A stretch of DNA of 64,000 nt from Candidatus Latescibacterota bacterium (GCA_965219455.1 OZ244744.1:5120001-5184000), one strand, 5' to 3'; counted from the first letter of the stretch, positions 1 to 11,688 are shown. Program-made: numbers and translations. Notes: generated by a model from the letters alone, not told the origin.

Positions 1-950
1 CCGTAGGCAGACTCGAAACGAGCGCGTTTCGCTTGGGGCAACTCGGGAACGGTGGGTTTGACCCGTTCTATCCATTCCCTGTCTACGACGACCGGAACCA
101 GATCCGGCTCGGGGAAATAGCGATAGTCGTCGGAGGACTCCTTATCTCGCATGGGTCGCAACCGGTTGCGATCCGGATCGTAGAGCAGGGTTTCCTGTGC
201 GATTTCGCCGCCTGTCTCCAACGTGTCGATCTGGCGCAGGATTTCGGCTTCGAGAGCCCGCCGGCAGTTGCGTATGGAATTCATGTTCTTGATCTCAACC
301 TTGGTGCCGAGTCCGGTTGCCCCGGCCGGTCGTATCGATACGTTGGCGTCGATGCGGATATGGCCCTTTTCCATGTCCCCTTCCGAAACCCCCGTATAGA
401 TCAGTATCTGCCGCAGGCGGGACACGAAATGGGATGCTTCTTCCGGCGAATCAATATCCGGTTCGCTAACGAGTTCGATGAGCGGGACCCCGCAGCGGTT
501 GACGTCCACCAGAGATTCGCCGGCGGCCACAAACGCCTCGTCATGGATGCTCTTGCCTGCGTCTTCTTCCATATGTATGCGAATGAGACGCACGGTCTTT
601 ATGCCGCTACCGGAAGGGATTTCGATAAAGCCGCCCATGGCCAGGGGCATCTCGTCGTTGGACTGGAACTGGGAAATCTGATACCCCTTCGGCAGATCAG
701 GATAAAAATAGTTCTTCCTCAGGAAACGGCTTCGCCGCTGGACGGTGCAACCAACCGCCAGGGCAATACGTATGGTTTGCTCTACGGCCTCCCGGTTCAG
801 CACGGGCAGTGCGCCGGGCAACCCCAGGCAGACCGGACAGGTGCGCGAATTGGCCTCGGCGCCGTAAGACACGCCGCAACCGCAAAAAATCTTGGTCTGC
901 GTGGCAAGCTGGGCGTGGACCTCCAGACCGATGACGGATTCGTACCTCAT
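1..950 (-). CDS. gatB: Asp-tRNA(Asn)/Glu-tRNA(Gln) amidotransferase subunit B (5' part, runs off the window)
   Basis: Manual translation from ATG at 950 gives [25 protein letters not shown] (GatB N-terminal motif); ATGA overlap with the gatA stop. Confidence 0.95.
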   Translation of the reverse strand, partial: MRYESVIGLEVHAQLATQTKIFCGCGVSYGAEANSRTCPVCLGLPGALPVLNREAVEQTIRIALAVGCTVQRRSRFLRKNYFYPDLPKGYQISQFQSNDEMPLAMGGFIEIPSGSGIKTVRLIRIHMEEDAGKSIHDEAFVAAGESLVDVNRCGVPLIELVSEPDIDSPEEASHFVSRLRQILIYTGVSEGDMEKGHIRIDANVSIRPAGATGLGTKVEIKNMNSIRNCRRALEAEILRQIDTLETGGEIAQETLLYDPDRNRLRPMRDKESSDDYRYFPEPDLVPVVVDREWIERVKPTVPELPQAKRARFESAY

Positions 951-2407
951 CCGGTCAACTCCTGTTCGACCACGTAGGCGGCCCTGAGCAGATTTTCTTC
1001 TTTGAACGCCGGCGCCAGCAGTTGCAGCCCAATGGGCAAGCCCTCCGTCGAAACGCCACAGGGGACCGAGATACCCGGAATTCCGGCCAGGTTGACCGAG
1101 ACGGTGTAAATGTCGGAGAGGTACATCTGGAGGGGGTCATCGATCTTTGCGCCAATGCGGAATGCCGGTGTCGGCGAAACGGGCGCGGCGAGCAGGTCGC
1201 AGGTTTCGAAGGCCCGGTCGAAATCTCGCTTGATAAGTGTGCGCACCTGTTGGGCCTTGAGGTAATAGGCATCGTAATAGCCGGCGCTCAGGGCATAGGT
1301 GCCCAGCATAATTCGGCGTTTGACCTCCGCACCGAAGCCGGCGCTGCGGGTCCGGCAATACATATCGATCAGATCAGCGCCTTCTGCTCGCCTACCGTAC
1401 TTGATGCCGTCATACCGGGAGAGGTTCGAGGATGCTTCTCCGGTGGCGATGATGTAGTAGGCGGCTATGGAGTAGGCCGGGTGGCAGGCTACGGGGAGGT
1501 CGATCTTTCGGATATCCGCTCCGGCGTCTTTCAGGATTTCAACGCTTTCAATAATCGATTCCCGTACTTCGTCGTCCAGTCCCTCGCCGAAATATCCCGC
1601 CGGAAGACCGATGGTCAGGCCGGCGACTCCGGCTTCCAGTCCCGCCGTGTAGTCAGGTACGGGCAGATCTACTGACGTGGAGTCTCGCGGGTCGTGCCCG
1701 GCAATGACGTTTAAAAGGAGGGCGGCATCCGTCACGTTCCGTGCCACGGGACCAATCTGGTCCAGCGAGGACGCGTAGGCAACGAGGCCGTAACGGGAGA
1801 CCCGGCCATAGGTGGGCTTGAGACCGACCACGCCACAGAAGGAGGCGGGCAGGCGGATGGAGCCACCTGTGTCCGTACCCAGGGCAAGCACGGTTTGATT
1901 GGCAGCTACACTGGCGGCGCTGGCGCCGCTGGAACCGCCGGGCACGCGCGTGGGATTGTGTGGATTTCGCACGGGACCGAACGCCGAGTTTTCGTTGGAG
2001 GAACCCATGGCAAACTCGTCCATGTTGAGTTTGCCGACGATAACAGCGTCGGCTTCGCGCAGACGCGCGACGGAAGTCGCGTCGTAGGGGGGAATGAAGT
2101 TCTCGAGTATGCGGGAACCGGCGGTGGTGAGCAATTCACGGGTACAAAGCAGGTCCTTGAGGGCAACCGGAATGCCGGCCAGTGGCCCGACAGGATCGCC
2201 GGCCGATACCCTGGAGTCTACTTCCTCCGCTTTGCGGATCGCCTCGGTTTCATTCAGGGTGATGTAGGCGTTGATCGAGGGGTTCGTCGTGTGTATACAA
2301 ACAAAAACGGCCTCGACGAGCTGTCTGGATGTAATCTCACCCGACAGAATCGACGCCGTCAGTTCGTGGGCGGGCCGTTCGTTCAGCGGCTTCCCGGAGA
2401 CTGCCAC
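947..2407 (-). CDS. gatA: Glu-tRNA(Gln) amidotransferase subunit A
   Basis: Amidase signature [28 protein letters not shown], and [22 protein letters not shown]. Confidence 0.97.
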   Translation of the reverse strand: MAVSGKPLNERPAHELTASILSGEITSRQLVEAVFVCIHTTNPSINAYITLNETEAIRKAEEVDSRVSAGDPVGPLAGIPVALKDLLCTRELLTTAGSRILENFIPPYDATSVARLREADAVIVGKLNMDEFAMGSSNENSAFGPVRNPHNPTRVPGGSSGASAASVAANQTVLALGTDTGGSIRLPASFCGVVGLKPTYGRVSRYGLVAYASSLDQIGPVARNVTDAALLLNVIAGHDPRDSTSVDLPVPDYTAGLEAGVAGLTIGLPAGYFGEGLDDEVRESIIESVEILKDAGADIRKIDLPVACHPAYSIAAYYIIATGEASSNLSRYDGIKYGRRAEGADLIDMYCRTRSAGFGAEVKRRIMLGTYALSAGYYDAYYLKAQQVRTLIKRDFDRAFETCDLLAAPVSPTPAFRIGAKIDDPLQMYLSDIYTVSVNLAGIPGISVPCGVSTEGLPIGLQLLAPAFKEENLLRAAYVVEQELTG

Positions 2408-2419
2408 CTTGCCTCCCAG

Positions 2420-2644
2420 CTACGGTTTGGCGGTTTTTTCCGTATCCGATGTCTTACCGTCGTTTTTGGAGGGTTGATCCACTCCGGTCTCGATTTCATC
2501 CTGGATGTCCCGAAGGCCTCTTTTGAATTCCGTAACCCCTTTGCCCACGCTCTTGGCGATATCGGGAATGCGTTTGGCCCCGAACAGCAGCAGGATGACC
2601 AGGAAGATCAGGAGAATTTCCCACGTTCCGATTCCACCCAGCAT
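2420..2644 (-). CDS. tatA: Twin-arginine translocase TatA/TatE subunit
   Basis: TM helix followed by LLFGAKRIPDIAKSVGKGVTEFK. Confidence 0.93.
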   Translation of the reverse strand: MLGGIGTWEILLIFLVILLLFGAKRIPDIAKSVGKGVTEFKRGLRDIQDEIETGVDQPSKNDGKTSDTEKTAKP

Positions 2645-2799
2645 GAGTCACCTCGTATTTGTGAAGAACGGCCGTCCACGCTTCCGGCAACGCCGGTCGG
2701 CGATGACGATGCGGGTGCCGATTTCCGGTGGGCGCCCGAGCGAGCCGTATCGCGCAACAGCGCGGTTCGACCTCGGATTCGAGCCAATACGGCGTTCAA

Positions 2800-3081
2800 T
2801 CAGTAGGAATACTTGACGTAATAGTATGCCGTTCCAATGCCGATCAGGCTGAGTACGTTGAAATCGAGAGAAAAGCCCAGAGTGAGCGTCATCACCATCA
2901 GATTGAGGCGCATCGGGTAGAATTCGTAGGCGACCAGAGGATCTACGAGTACCTTGGACACCATGTTGTCTTCCAGGCCGAGGCTGCCGAAGACCAGGTT
3001 CAAAACCGCGCCGAAGACCTGGCTTGCAAGGATGCACAGGAAGATCGTTACAATCAATAGACCGATGCTTTTGTCCTTCAT
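2800..3081 (-). CDS. Small membrane protein, DUF4321-like
   Basis: Two hydrophobic segments; C-terminal PMRLNLMVMTLTLGFSLDFNVLSLIGI pattern. Confidence 0.7.
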   Translation of the reverse strand: MKDKSIGLLIVTIFLCILASQVFGAVLNLVFGSLGLEDNMVSKVLVDPLVAYEFYPMRLNLMVMTLTLGFSLDFNVLSLIGIGTAYYYVKYSY

Positions 3082-3114
3082 CGACTTCCGCTCCCCTCAG
3101 GTTCCATGTCGTAA

Positions 3115-3831
3115 TCAGATATCGGCCACTTCCCGATGTACAATCAGGTGCGACAGCCACCGAACGGCGCCTGAGATTGAAAATGCAAACGCGATGGGGA
3201 AAAAGGCTTCGTCCGGGAAAAGCGCGACAGGGATAAACGCGGTAAAAGCGATACCCAGTCTCCAGCGGTCCCTCCGCGTTTCAATGCTGAATCGGGGAAA
3301 GGCGGGATATCCGAACTGACTGATCATCAGCAGGCCCAGAACAACGCACAACAGAAGGGCGACATGGGGTTCGCGGGTACTCTGCCAGACACGTTCGGCA
3401 AAGACGATATAAGCGGCCATTGTTGCGGCGGCCGAGGGAATGGGCAGGCCGACAAAGTCGTCTTTCTCGTCTCCCTTTTTCTGGACGTTGAACCTCGCCA
3501 GACGCAGCGCGCCGCACAGCAGGAACAGAAAGCAGGCTGCGAACGGCATCCACACGACATCCAGCAGACCCTGGAAGTACTGGAACATCAGAACGGCCGG
3601 GGCCACGCCGAACGAGCAGACATCGGCCAGCGAGTCGAACTGAACCCCGAAGTTGCTGGGCGAATCGATCAGCCGGGCGAGTTTGCCGTCGAAGGCATCG
3701 AGAAAGCCCGCGATAACAATCAACCATGCGGCCGGGACCAGCTTTCCGTCCATGGCATAGGCGATCGAAAGGAAACCACAGCAGAGGTTGCAAAGCGTTA
3801 CCATGTTCGGGACGGCGGCCCTCTTTCTCAT
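3115..3831 (-). CDS. pssA: CDP-diacylglycerol--serine O-phosphatidyltransferase
   Basis: PNMVT; CDP-alcohol motif DAFDGKLAR...G..FDSLADVCSFGVAP; ALRLARFN. Confidence 0.92.
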   Translation of the reverse strand: MRKRAAVPNMVTLCNLCCGFLSIAYAMDGKLVPAAWLIVIAGFLDAFDGKLARLIDSPSNFGVQFDSLADVCSFGVAPAVLMFQYFQGLLDVVWMPFAACFLFLLCGALRLARFNVQKKGDEKDDFVGLPIPSAAATMAAYIVFAERVWQSTREPHVALLLCVVLGLLMISQFGYPAFPRFSIETRRDRWRLGIAFTAFIPVALFPDEAFFPIAFAFSISGAVRWLSHLIVHREVADI

Positions 3832-3877
3832 GGCGAAATGGCTCCGGAAATTTGGGGCTTCTGTTTGATTAAAGGAT

Positions 3878-5023
3878 TTACTGTTTGCCGGTAGGCATCC
3901 GTTCCGGTTGCAAACGGGTTGTAAAGCTCAGCCTGCCGCGTAGAATATTCATATTGAGCGTGTCCCCGACACGTGCATCTTCAAAAAATCTGTCCACGTC
4001 ATCGGCGCTTCGTACGGCGTGGCCGTTTACCGAGATGATCAGGTCGCCAGGATTCAGCCTTGCACGAGAAGCCGGGCTGTTGTCTGTCACACGCGTAATC
4101 AGGGCGCCCCGATGCGTGAATAATCCCAACGCGTTCGCCAGCCCGCGCGTCAGGTTCGGGTGCAACTCGAAACCGGTCCAGAACTCCTGAACTCCCCCGG
4201 CCATCAGCCTGTCGGCGATTTTTTTTGCATGGTTGATGGGGAGTGCGAAACCGATACCGAGGGAACCCCCGCTTTTTGTGAAGATGAAGGTGTTGATGCC
4301 GATGACCTGGCCGACGCCGTTAACCAGGGGACCTCCACTGTTCCCCGGATTGATGGACGCGTCGGTCTGGATCATATTGCTATAAGAATGGCCGCCCTCA
4401 TCCTGTTGCAGTCTCAGATTGCGGTTAACCGCACTTACGACGCCGACGGTGACGGTCGGTTCGGGATCTTCAATGAGCAGCCCAAAGGGGTTGCCGATGG
4501 CGATTGCCCATTCGCCGATGATGACGTCTTTGGAATCTCCCAGTTCCGGAACCGGGAGATCTTTACCGTTCACGTGGATAACCGCGAGATCGGCGCTGCG
4601 GTCGACCATCACGTCTTTGCGCGGATCCAGAACCTTGAAGCTCCGGCCATCCGAGAACGTGACGGTGATTTCCCGTGCGCCTTCGACCACATGGTAGTTG
4701 GTCAGAATGTACCCGTCGGATCGGATCACAACGCCGGATCCGATCCCCGGCCGATCTTTGTGAACGGTTCCGGGAAAAGAGAAGAAATCGAAAAATGGAT
4801 GTACGTACCGGACTTCGTATCGTTCGAGGGTAACGGTCGTTACCCCCACGACCGAGGGTGCTACCCTTTCGACGGCCCGGACGATGGCGTTTTTTCTGGA
4901 GGCGTCAATTTCGGGACCCGCGGCGGAGACCGGAGAGGCCCCTTCCGGTTGACCTTCGGCGGTAAAAGTCAGAATCAACGCCGCAAAGACGCTTTTAGTT
5001 ACGATCCAAACCGCTCGCCGCAC
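3878..5023 (-). CDS. HtrA/DegP-like serine protease with one PDZ domain
   Basis: Signal peptide; TNYHVV, DLAV, QTDASINPGNSGGPL; C-terminal PDZ. Confidence 0.92.
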   Translation of the reverse strand: MRRAVWIVTKSVFAALILTFTAEGQPEGASPVSAAGPEIDASRKNAIVRAVERVAPSVVGVTTVTLERYEVRYVHPFFDFFSFPGTVHKDRPGIGSGVVIRSDGYILTNYHVVEGAREITVTFSDGRSFKVLDPRKDVMVDRSADLAVIHVNGKDLPVPELGDSKDVIIGEWAIAIGNPFGLLIEDPEPTVTVGVVSAVNRNLRLQQDEGGHSYSNMIQTDASINPGNSGGPLVNGVGQVIGINTFIFTKSGGSLGIGFALPINHAKKIADRLMAGGVQEFWTGFELHPNLTRGLANALGLFTHRGALITRVTDNSPASRARLNPGDLIISVNGHAVRSADDVDRFFEDARVGDTLNMNILRGRLSFTTRLQPERMPTGKQ

Positions 5024-5026
5024 GTC

Positions 5027-5773
5027 CTATTCTTCCGGGTATTCGTAAGAAACTTTTTTTAAAAAAAGGCCCTGGGGTGGGGCGTTGGGCCCCGCAAACT
5101 GCCTGTCTCGGGCCTGCAGAATCGTGTCCATCGCGTCCGGTGCACGCCTGCCTCTTCCCACCTGAACCAGGGTGCCGACAATTCCACGCACCATAGACCG
5201 CAAAAAGCGGTCGGCCGAAATCTCCACGTGGACGGCGTCGTCGATGCACGCCAGAATGCACTCGAAGACGCGACAGTTCCGGTTCTCTTTCTCGGACGAA
5301 GCCACGCAGAACGACGTGAAGTCGTGATAACCTAACGTGCGGGTCGCCGCGGATCGCATCGCGTCTATATTCAGCCTGTTGCGCATGTGCCACGCCTGTC
5401 CACGGCCAATAGCTCGGCGCCGGTAATCGATGCGGTACAGGTACGTTCGACGCCTCGCACTGCGCCTTGCATGGAACGCAGGCGGAACTTCGTCTACGCC
5501 GAAAACGACAACATCGGGCGGCAGCGTGCCATTTAGCGCGGCCCCGATCCGTTGCAGTGGCAGCGGATTGAACGTGGAGAAATTGGCCACCTGCTCCAGG
5601 GCGTGAACTCCTGCATCCGTGCGCCCTGCGCCGATGGCGCGGACGGGGTGGCCCATCAACGTAGCCAGACACGTTTCCAGGGTTCCCTGGACCGTGCGTT
5701 GATCGGGCTGAATCTGCCAGCCCTTGAAATCTGTACCGTCGTATTCCAACCGGAGCTGAATATTGCGTTGCAT
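5027..5773 (-). CDS. truA: tRNA pseudouridine(38-40) synthase
   Basis: LEYDGTDFKGWQ, GAGRTDAGVHA, FLRSMVR, APPQGLFL; start set at ATG 5773. Confidence 0.95.
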   Translation of the reverse strand: MQRNIQLRLEYDGTDFKGWQIQPDQRTVQGTLETCLATLMGHPVRAIGAGRTDAGVHALEQVANFSTFNPLPLQRIGAALNGTLPPDVVVFGVDEVPPAFHARRSARRRTYLYRIDYRRRAIGRGQAWHMRNRLNIDAMRSAATRTLGYHDFTSFCVASSEKENRNCRVFECILACIDDAVHVEISADRFLRSMVRGIVGTLVQVGRGRRAPDAMDTILQARDRQFAGPNAPPQGLFLKKVSYEYPEE

Positions 5774-5869
5774 TAAAAGCTGGATCGGCTTGAAATGTCG
5801 GGGGACGCCGCGGGAGAGGGCCTCGTGTTTGTCGAACAAGCAGACCGGGGACCGATGGAGTTTTTACAA

Positions 5870-5898
5870 AATATAGCATCTAAATCGGGGAATGTCAA
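5870..5898 (-). promoter_or_regulatory. Sigma70-type promoter for the truA-htrA-pssA-tatA-gat run
   Basis: TTGACA-17 bp-TATATT with extended TG. Confidence 0.7.
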
Positions 5899-6076
5899 TT
5901 GATTGTTCGGGTGTCGTTCTGCCCGGGGGACGGGGCACCGGTGAACGTTTCGAAGCATCACGTGAACGGATTGTTCCATATGGCAACGCGAAAACCGGAA
6001 GATCCGGCGTCATTTGAAACGGCACGAAATTTGCCGCTGCGTCCAGGGATCTCGGCGCGAAAAGGAGGGCGCGGTG

Positions 6077-8443
6077 ATGCAACGACCGGCGTTGCTGTCT
6101 GGGGCATTTTTCGCCGCGGGAGTACTCGTGGCGCATCGATGGGAGTTGCCGGTCTGGGCGTTGTGGACCGGGGGTCTCGCACTCTGGATCGTGTTACTGG
6201 TACGCTGGAAAGGGCGTTCCGCGTGGCCGGGAGCCCTCCTGCTTGTTCTGGGGGCAATGAGATATGAAAGCGTTATGGGAGGGTTGCCCGAAGACCATAT
6301 CGCTCATTTTTCCGGGGGGGACGAACCTGTGTTGCTGGACGGGCGCGTGGCTGAGGAACCTGAATGGATGGAAGACGGTTTGCGTCTTCGGCTGTTTGCG
6401 GAGCGGGTAACCGTTCGGGATACGGTGTTTTCAGTTCGAGGGATGGTTCTCGTACGGTTCCGTAAATTTCGGCCGGACGCGGACTACGGAGACCGTCTGG
6501 TCGCTCGGCTCCATCTTCGCCGGCCACAGCCGGCCAGAAATCCGGGCGCGTTCGATTACCGTGCCTATCTGGAACGGAAGGGTATTCATGCGATGGGTTC
6601 CGTATCCAGAAGTGGACAGATTCTTGAGACCCACAGGGGCAAGGGAGGGTGGCTGTGGACGTACGTCGTGTTGCCCGTGCGCCGGGGCGTCCGCCGGGGC
6701 GTGGCCTGCAATTTGTCCGGAGGACCGGCAGGATTGCTGAATGGGATATTGCTGGGTGAGAAACGTGGGGTGCCCGACCATGTGCGTACTGCGTTCACCC
6801 GAGCCGGCGTCAACCACGTGCTGGCGGTTTCGGGCTTACACGTGGGTCTGATTGCCGCCGTGGTGTTTTTCGGCCTCGGCGCGTTCGGATGCGGCAGGAG
6901 AACAACAGCCTGGGCAACCGTATGCGCCGTGCTGCTCTATGCCCTGGTTACGGGGCTGCCGCCGTCGGTTGTCAGGGCCTCCATGATGTGTGCGATTACC
7001 ATTTGGGGTCGCCTGGGAAACACACAGGGAGATGGATTGAATTCGCTCGGGCTGGCAGGCTTTCTCATACTGATGTTCAGGCCTCAGGACCTGTTCGACG
7101 TGGGCTTTCAACTCTCTTTTTCCGCCACCGGGGGAATCCTGTTGTTCTATAGACCGATCCGGGCCTGGCTTCCTGGAGGTGGTGGGAGTGGCGTGGGTCA
7201 ATGGGTATGGACGCCACTTGCCGTGTCGGTGGCCGCGCAGGTGGGTACGCTACCCTTTGTTCTGGCATATTTCGGGTTTCTGTCGGTTGTCTCGGTTCTC
7301 GCCAATCTGGTGGTCGTGCCCTTAATGGCGGCTGCCGTCGCGCTGGGGCTGGTTGGCGTGGTTGTTTTTCACGTGTGGTCACCGATCGCGGCGTTGTTGA
7401 ACGGCGCAAACTGGATCGTCTTGAAGGGTGCCATTCAAGCCGCAGCCTGGTTCGCCGAGCCCGCATGGGCTGCCGTGGAGGTACCAAGACCCGGGTGGAC
7501 TGTCGTAGGGTTGTATCTCTGTGCGGCACTCCTGATCCTGCCCGGAACGAGGTCGCATCGATGGGGCCGCCGGCTTGTGCTTGTGGGGTTGTCCCTGGCG
7601 AATCTCTGGGTCTGGTCGGGCATCTGGCAGCGGCCATCGGGCCTGCGGATGTTGGTGCTGGACGTGGGACAGGGTGACGGAATTTTTCTAAGGTTTCCGA
7701 ACGGGAGGACCATGCTGGTTGACGGCGGTTTGCGCGCAGCGAACATCGATATGGGGGAACGGGTACTGATCCCGTTTCTGAAGGCCGAGGGTATCAATCG
7801 TATTGACGCCGTGGTCGCGTCTCATCCGCACAGCGATCATATTGGCGGATTCGTGACGCTGTTGGAGAGGGTAGAGGTTGGTTGGTACCTGGATGCCGGA
7901 CAAAATTACGATTCCTGGACAGCCCGTCGGGTTCGAACTCTGATCCAGGAAAGGGGAATACGCTATGCGGCAGTCGAGGCGGGGGACCGGCTTGCAGGGT
8001 TGGGTGGCGTGGACGCCCTGGTGCTGCACCCGACGCCGGATTATGTTTCGGAGCAAGGCCCGGCCCCACTGGGTCTCAACAACGGTTCCGTGGTCATCCG
8101 ATTGACGTACGGAAGTTCCACCCTTTTGCTTACGGGTGACATTGAACACGAAACCGACGCGGATCTCCTGCGGTGGGGGGACCGGCTTCGCGCCAAGGTG
8201 CTCAAGGCGGCGCACCACGGATCCCGCACCTCGTCCACCGCCGCGTTTCTGAGCGCGGTGCGTCCGGAGCTTGTGGCGGTCTCGTGTGGGATCAGGAACA
8301 AATTCCGCCATCCGTCCCGTGAGGTGATCCAGCGTTACGAGGCAATGGGAATTTCAATTTACCGGACCGATCTGATGGGCGCGGTAGAGATCCGAATCGA
8401 TGAGCAGGGGATTGACGCACGCGGATGGCTTGAGGTGCCGTGA
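6077..8443 (+). CDS. comEC: DNA internalization competence protein ComEC/Rec2
   Basis: RNPGAFDY, HVLAVSGLHV, GFQLSF, LDVGQGD, SHPHSDHIGG, HHGS; AAGGAGG RBS before ATG 6077. Confidence 0.95.
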   Translation: MQRPALLSGAFFAAGVLVAHRWELPVWALWTGGLALWIVLLVRWKGRSAWPGALLLVLGAMRYESVMGGLPEDHIAHFSGGDEPVLLDGRVAEEPEWMEDGLRLRLFAERVTVRDTVFSVRGMVLVRFRKFRPDADYGDRLVARLHLRRPQPARNPGAFDYRAYLERKGIHAMGSVSRSGQILETHRGKGGWLWTYVVLPVRRGVRRGVACNLSGGPAGLLNGILLGEKRGVPDHVRTAFTRAGVNHVLAVSGLHVGLIAAVVFFGLGAFGCGRRTTAWATVCAVLLYALVTGLPPSVVRASMMCAITIWGRLGNTQGDGLNSLGLAGFLILMFRPQDLFDVGFQLSFSATGGILLFYRPIRAWLPGGGGSGVGQWVWTPLAVSVAAQVGTLPFVLAYFGFLSVVSVLANLVVVPLMAAAVALGLVGVVVFHVWSPIAALLNGANWIVLKGAIQAAAWFAEPAWAAVEVPRPGWTVVGLYLCAALLILPGTRSHRWGRRLVLVGLSLANLWVWSGIWQRPSGLRMLVLDVGQGDGIFLRFPNGRTMLVDGGLRAANIDMGERVLIPFLKAEGINRIDAVVASHPHSDHIGGFVTLLERVEVGWYLDAGQNYDSWTARRVRTLIQERGIRYAAVEAGDRLAGLGGVDALVLHPTPDYVSEQGPAPLGLNNGSVVIRLTYGSSTLLLTGDIEHETDADLLRWGDRLRAKVLKAAHHGSRTSSTAAFLSAVRPELVAVSCGIRNKFRHPSREVIQRYEAMGISIYRTDLMGAVEIRIDEQGIDARGWLEVP

Positions 8444-9062
8444 CGGGACGACCGGGACCGTCGACGGCGCCACTGGAGCGGTGTCGGAAAAGGGCGTGGC
8501 ACGACGGGTGCGGAGCCGCCGAAAGGTCGTTGCACACGCCAAATTCTCCGTCTGGCGGGGGGCCCGCCGCAGAGAGCGGTCCAATTCACCACAAAGCGTA
8601 ACCGCGGGCCAGGAAAAAATGGGCGGATGGCCGTAATGGAATACCGTATCAGCACAGAGCCACGATGCATAAGAAGAAAAGCAGCCGATCTACGTGATCG
8701 GTATAGCTGGCAGTATTATCTCCCCCAATAAGACTGCCGCCAACCAAAGAATCGATGCTTTCAACTTCCCCCAGGCTGGATCAAGTGCCGAAGCGCATTC
8801 CGGTAACGACCATACCGCCCATTAAGACGAACACTGATTGGAGAACGAGGTGCCGGCAACGCCCAATTCCCGCGCTCGCGAATCTCTATTGCGCGGGCTT
8901 CGGCCCAACATCAAAACGAACCGCGGCAAGCCCCCGGTTCCGTCCCGAATCCTGGCGTCTTCCCCGTGAGACACCTCTGGAAAAGGCACACGGATCCGTT
9001 GCTTTAACTTGCTCCAAGACAAAGGTTTATGAGAAAGCAGTCTCTTCGCAAGAACGTGCCAA

Positions 9063-9091
9063 AATATATACTCTGAATAGGGTGTCGTCAA
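9063..9091 (-). promoter_or_regulatory. Possible sigma70-type promoter facing an unannotated region
   Basis: TTGACG-17 bp-TATATT, same spacing as other promoters in the window. Confidence 0.45.
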
Positions 9092-9393
9092 GGGATAATT
9101 TCAGAAAAAGGAGAGGCAAATCGCGTGATTGGGACATAAGATATTGAAACACAATTGGCTGGACGTTTTGGTTTTTTTTTTTGACGGGCGGGCAGTGTCC
9201 GCGAGGTCACTTTGACTCACAAACTTCCTCAGATGTGGGCAAAATACGGGACGTCTCACGTAAACAGCAGGTTAGTGAATTCCTGCGATTGAAAGACACG
9301 AATTTAAAAAAATTGGACAACTAATGGCCCATTTTTTGCTGATTTTGATATTTGGTAGAGATGCGGATCGGGTACCCCCGCGGCAAGTTCGGG

Positions 9394-10359
9394 TCACTCG
9401 TCCCAGACCCCCATCCGACCGAATTTTTCGACCCTCTCGCGAACAAGGTCATCGGGGCGTATGCGTCTGAGATTCTGGAGTTCGTCCTGCAAAATCCGCT
9501 TCAGGTTTTGACCTGCCGTTTCAGGATCTCTGTGTGCGCCGCCAAAGGGCTCAGGTACGATTCTATCGACGATCCCGAGGGGGACCAGGTCCGGCGCGGT
9601 GATCTTCAGCGCCTCGGCGGCTTCTTCTCTCTTGTCGCGATTCCGCCAGAGAATGAGAGAACAGGATTGGGGATTGATCACGGAATACCAGGCGTTTTCC
9701 AACATCAGGATTCGGTCGCCAACACCGATGCCGAGTGCACCGCCGCTCGCGCCCTCGCCGATAATGACCACGATGATGGGAACCGGAAGCCGGAAAATTT
9801 CGAAAAGATTCCTGGCGATAGCTTCCGAAACACTCCGTTCCTCCGATCCGATGCCAGGGTAAGCGCCGGGCGTATCGATCAGACAGAGGACGGGTCGATT
9901 GAATTTGGCGGCCAGTTTCATTACGCGAAGGGCTTTTCGATACCCCTCCGGGTGGGCCATGCCAAAGTTTCGATGGATATTCTCCTTCGTGTTGCGTCCT
10001 TTCTGCGTACCCAGGACCAGAATGGGTTGTCGGTCGAGCCGGGCAAAGCCGCTTACCAACGCGGGATCGTCTCTATAGGTCCGGTCTCCGTGGAGTTCGA
10101 TAAAGTCGGTGAGCATTAATTGAATGTAATCCAGCGTGTGAGGGCGCTGGGGGTGCCCCGCCACCTGGTATATTTGCCACCGGCTCATGTCCGTGTAGAT
10201 TTCCGTTTCCAGCCTTTGAAGCCGTTTTTCCAGGGTGGACAGTTCGGTGGACATGTTGATGTTTTCAGTCTCGGCGCGAGTTTTAAGGTCTTCGATTTTC
10301 TTATCCAGTGCCGCAATGGGACGCTCGAAATCCAGGTATATTTTCTTCTTGTCCTTCAT
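9394..10359 (-). CDS. accA: Acetyl-CoA carboxylase carboxyltransferase alpha
   Basis: [46 protein letters not shown]. Confidence 0.97.
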   Translation of the reverse strand: MKDKKKIYLDFERPIAALDKKIEDLKTRAETENINMSTELSTLEKRLQRLETEIYTDMSRWQIYQVAGHPQRPHTLDYIQLMLTDFIELHGDRTYRDDPALVSGFARLDRQPILVLGTQKGRNTKENIHRNFGMAHPEGYRKALRVMKLAAKFNRPVLCLIDTPGAYPGIGSEERSVSEAIARNLFEIFRLPVPIIVVIIGEGASGGALGIGVGDRILMLENAWYSVINPQSCSLILWRNRDKREEAAEALKITAPDLVPLGIVDRIVPEPFGGAHRDPETAGQNLKRILQDELQNLRRIRPDDLVRERVEKFGRMGVWDE

Positions 10360-10392
10360 GGTCAGGTGTCCTTTCCGACAGGATCCGGGCGT

Positions 10393-11586
10393 TTAGATTC
10401 GCCTGATGGCGGCCTCGACTCGGTCCATGGCCTCGTGAATCCTTGGTAGAGACGCGGCATATGAAAAACGAAGGTGGTCCCCGGAACCGAAGCCGCTGCC
10501 GGGTACGCAGCCCGTGCCGGCCTCTTCCAGCAGGTAGTTGGCGAGGTCGATGTCGTTCTTGAGACGCCCGCCATATAGGGCGGACACGTTTGGAAAGGCG
10601 TAAAAAGCACCCCGGGGAAGGCGACACGAAACGCACGGCATGCGGTTCAGGCGGCCAACAATCACATTACGGCGTTCCTGGAATGCGGTTCGCATCGTTT
10701 CTACGCTCTCCTGGGTTCCATTTAGCGCTTCGATGGCCGCATACTGGGAAATCGTGCACGTGTTCGTGGTTTCCTGGCTCTGGACTTTGGCGATCAGTTT
10801 CATCAGATCCGGAGGACCGGCGCCATAGCCCACTCGCCAGCCCGTCATCGCATAGGCCTTGGAGAAGCCGTTGACAACCAGGGTTCTGCATTTGATTTCC
10901 GGATGCGCAGCGGCAATTGAGACGTGCTCGGCGCCGTCATAGATGATTTTTTCATAGATTTCGTCCGAGATCACGTAGATGCCGGCCTCTGCGATGACGT
11001 CTGCCAGGGCGCTCATCTCATCGGGCGTATAGACTTCACCGGTTGGATTGCACGGACTGTTCAGGAGTACGAACTTGGAACGCGGCGTGATCGCATCCGA
11101 AAGCATTGGTGGGCTGAGCCGGAAATCCGTCTCCTCGGTTGTTTTCAGAATGACCGGACGGCCGCCCATCAGTCTGACCTGGTCGGCGTAGCTAACCCAG
11201 TACGGAGAGGGAATAATGGCTTCGTCTCCGGGGTTGATCAGCGCGACGACCGCGTCGAAGATAACCTGCTTGGCGCCGCAGGTAACGACAATCTGCGACG
11301 GGTCGTAGACCAGGTTGTTTTCTTTATCCAGTTTTTTCGCGATTGCCTGTTTGAGTTCGGGCAGACCCGATGCGGGCGCAGTGTATTTGGTGTACCCATT
11401 CACGATAGCCCGGATCCCGGCGTCCTTGATGTTTTGCGGGGTGTCAAAATCGGGTTCACCCGCAACCAGGGAAATGAGATCCACACCCCGGCGTTCCAAT
11501 TCACCCATTCTGGCAAAGGTGGCGACGGTAAGCGATTCGTCGACGTTGAGCACGCGATTGGAAAATGACGAGACGGTCTTGTCCAT
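10393..11586 (-). CDS. PLP-dependent class I/II aminotransferase (aspartate aminotransferase-like)
   Basis: GEPDFDTP, GAKQ, NSPCNPTG, SDEIYE, SKAYAMTGWRVG. Confidence 0.9.
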   Translation of the reverse strand: MDKTVSSFSNRVLNVDESLTVATFARMGELERRGVDLISLVAGEPDFDTPQNIKDAGIRAIVNGYTKYTAPASGLPELKQAIAKKLDKENNLVYDPSQIVVTCGAKQVIFDAVVALINPGDEAIIPSPYWVSYADQVRLMGGRPVILKTTEETDFRLSPPMLSDAITPRSKFVLLNSPCNPTGEVYTPDEMSALADVIAEAGIYVISDEIYEKIIYDGAEHVSIAAAHPEIKCRTLVVNGFSKAYAMTGWRVGYGAGPPDLMKLIAKVQSQETTNTCTISQYAAIEALNGTQESVETMRTAFQERRNVIVGRLNRMPCVSCRLPRGAFYAFPNVSALYGGRLKNDIDLANYLLEEAGTGCVPGSGFGSGDHLRFSYAASLPRIHEAMDRVEAAIRRI

Positions 11587-11688
11587 GATTCGGGTCGAAT
11601 TCGATATTCGCGCGGTTCGGGAAACGGCAAACCGCGTCGGCGTGGACCGCCCGGCGGTTCCGTTTCAACAATCACGCACATCGTCCTT

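Noticed and set aside
33-977. 314-aa plus-strand ORF and similar long antisense ORFs (e.g. 14617-15729, 17726-19066, 26711-28060)
   Set aside because: Shadows of real genes on the opposite strand in GC-rich DNA
8755-9147. 130-aa plus-strand ORF in the comEC-accA gap
   Set aside because: No recognisable motif, no RBS, atypical composition
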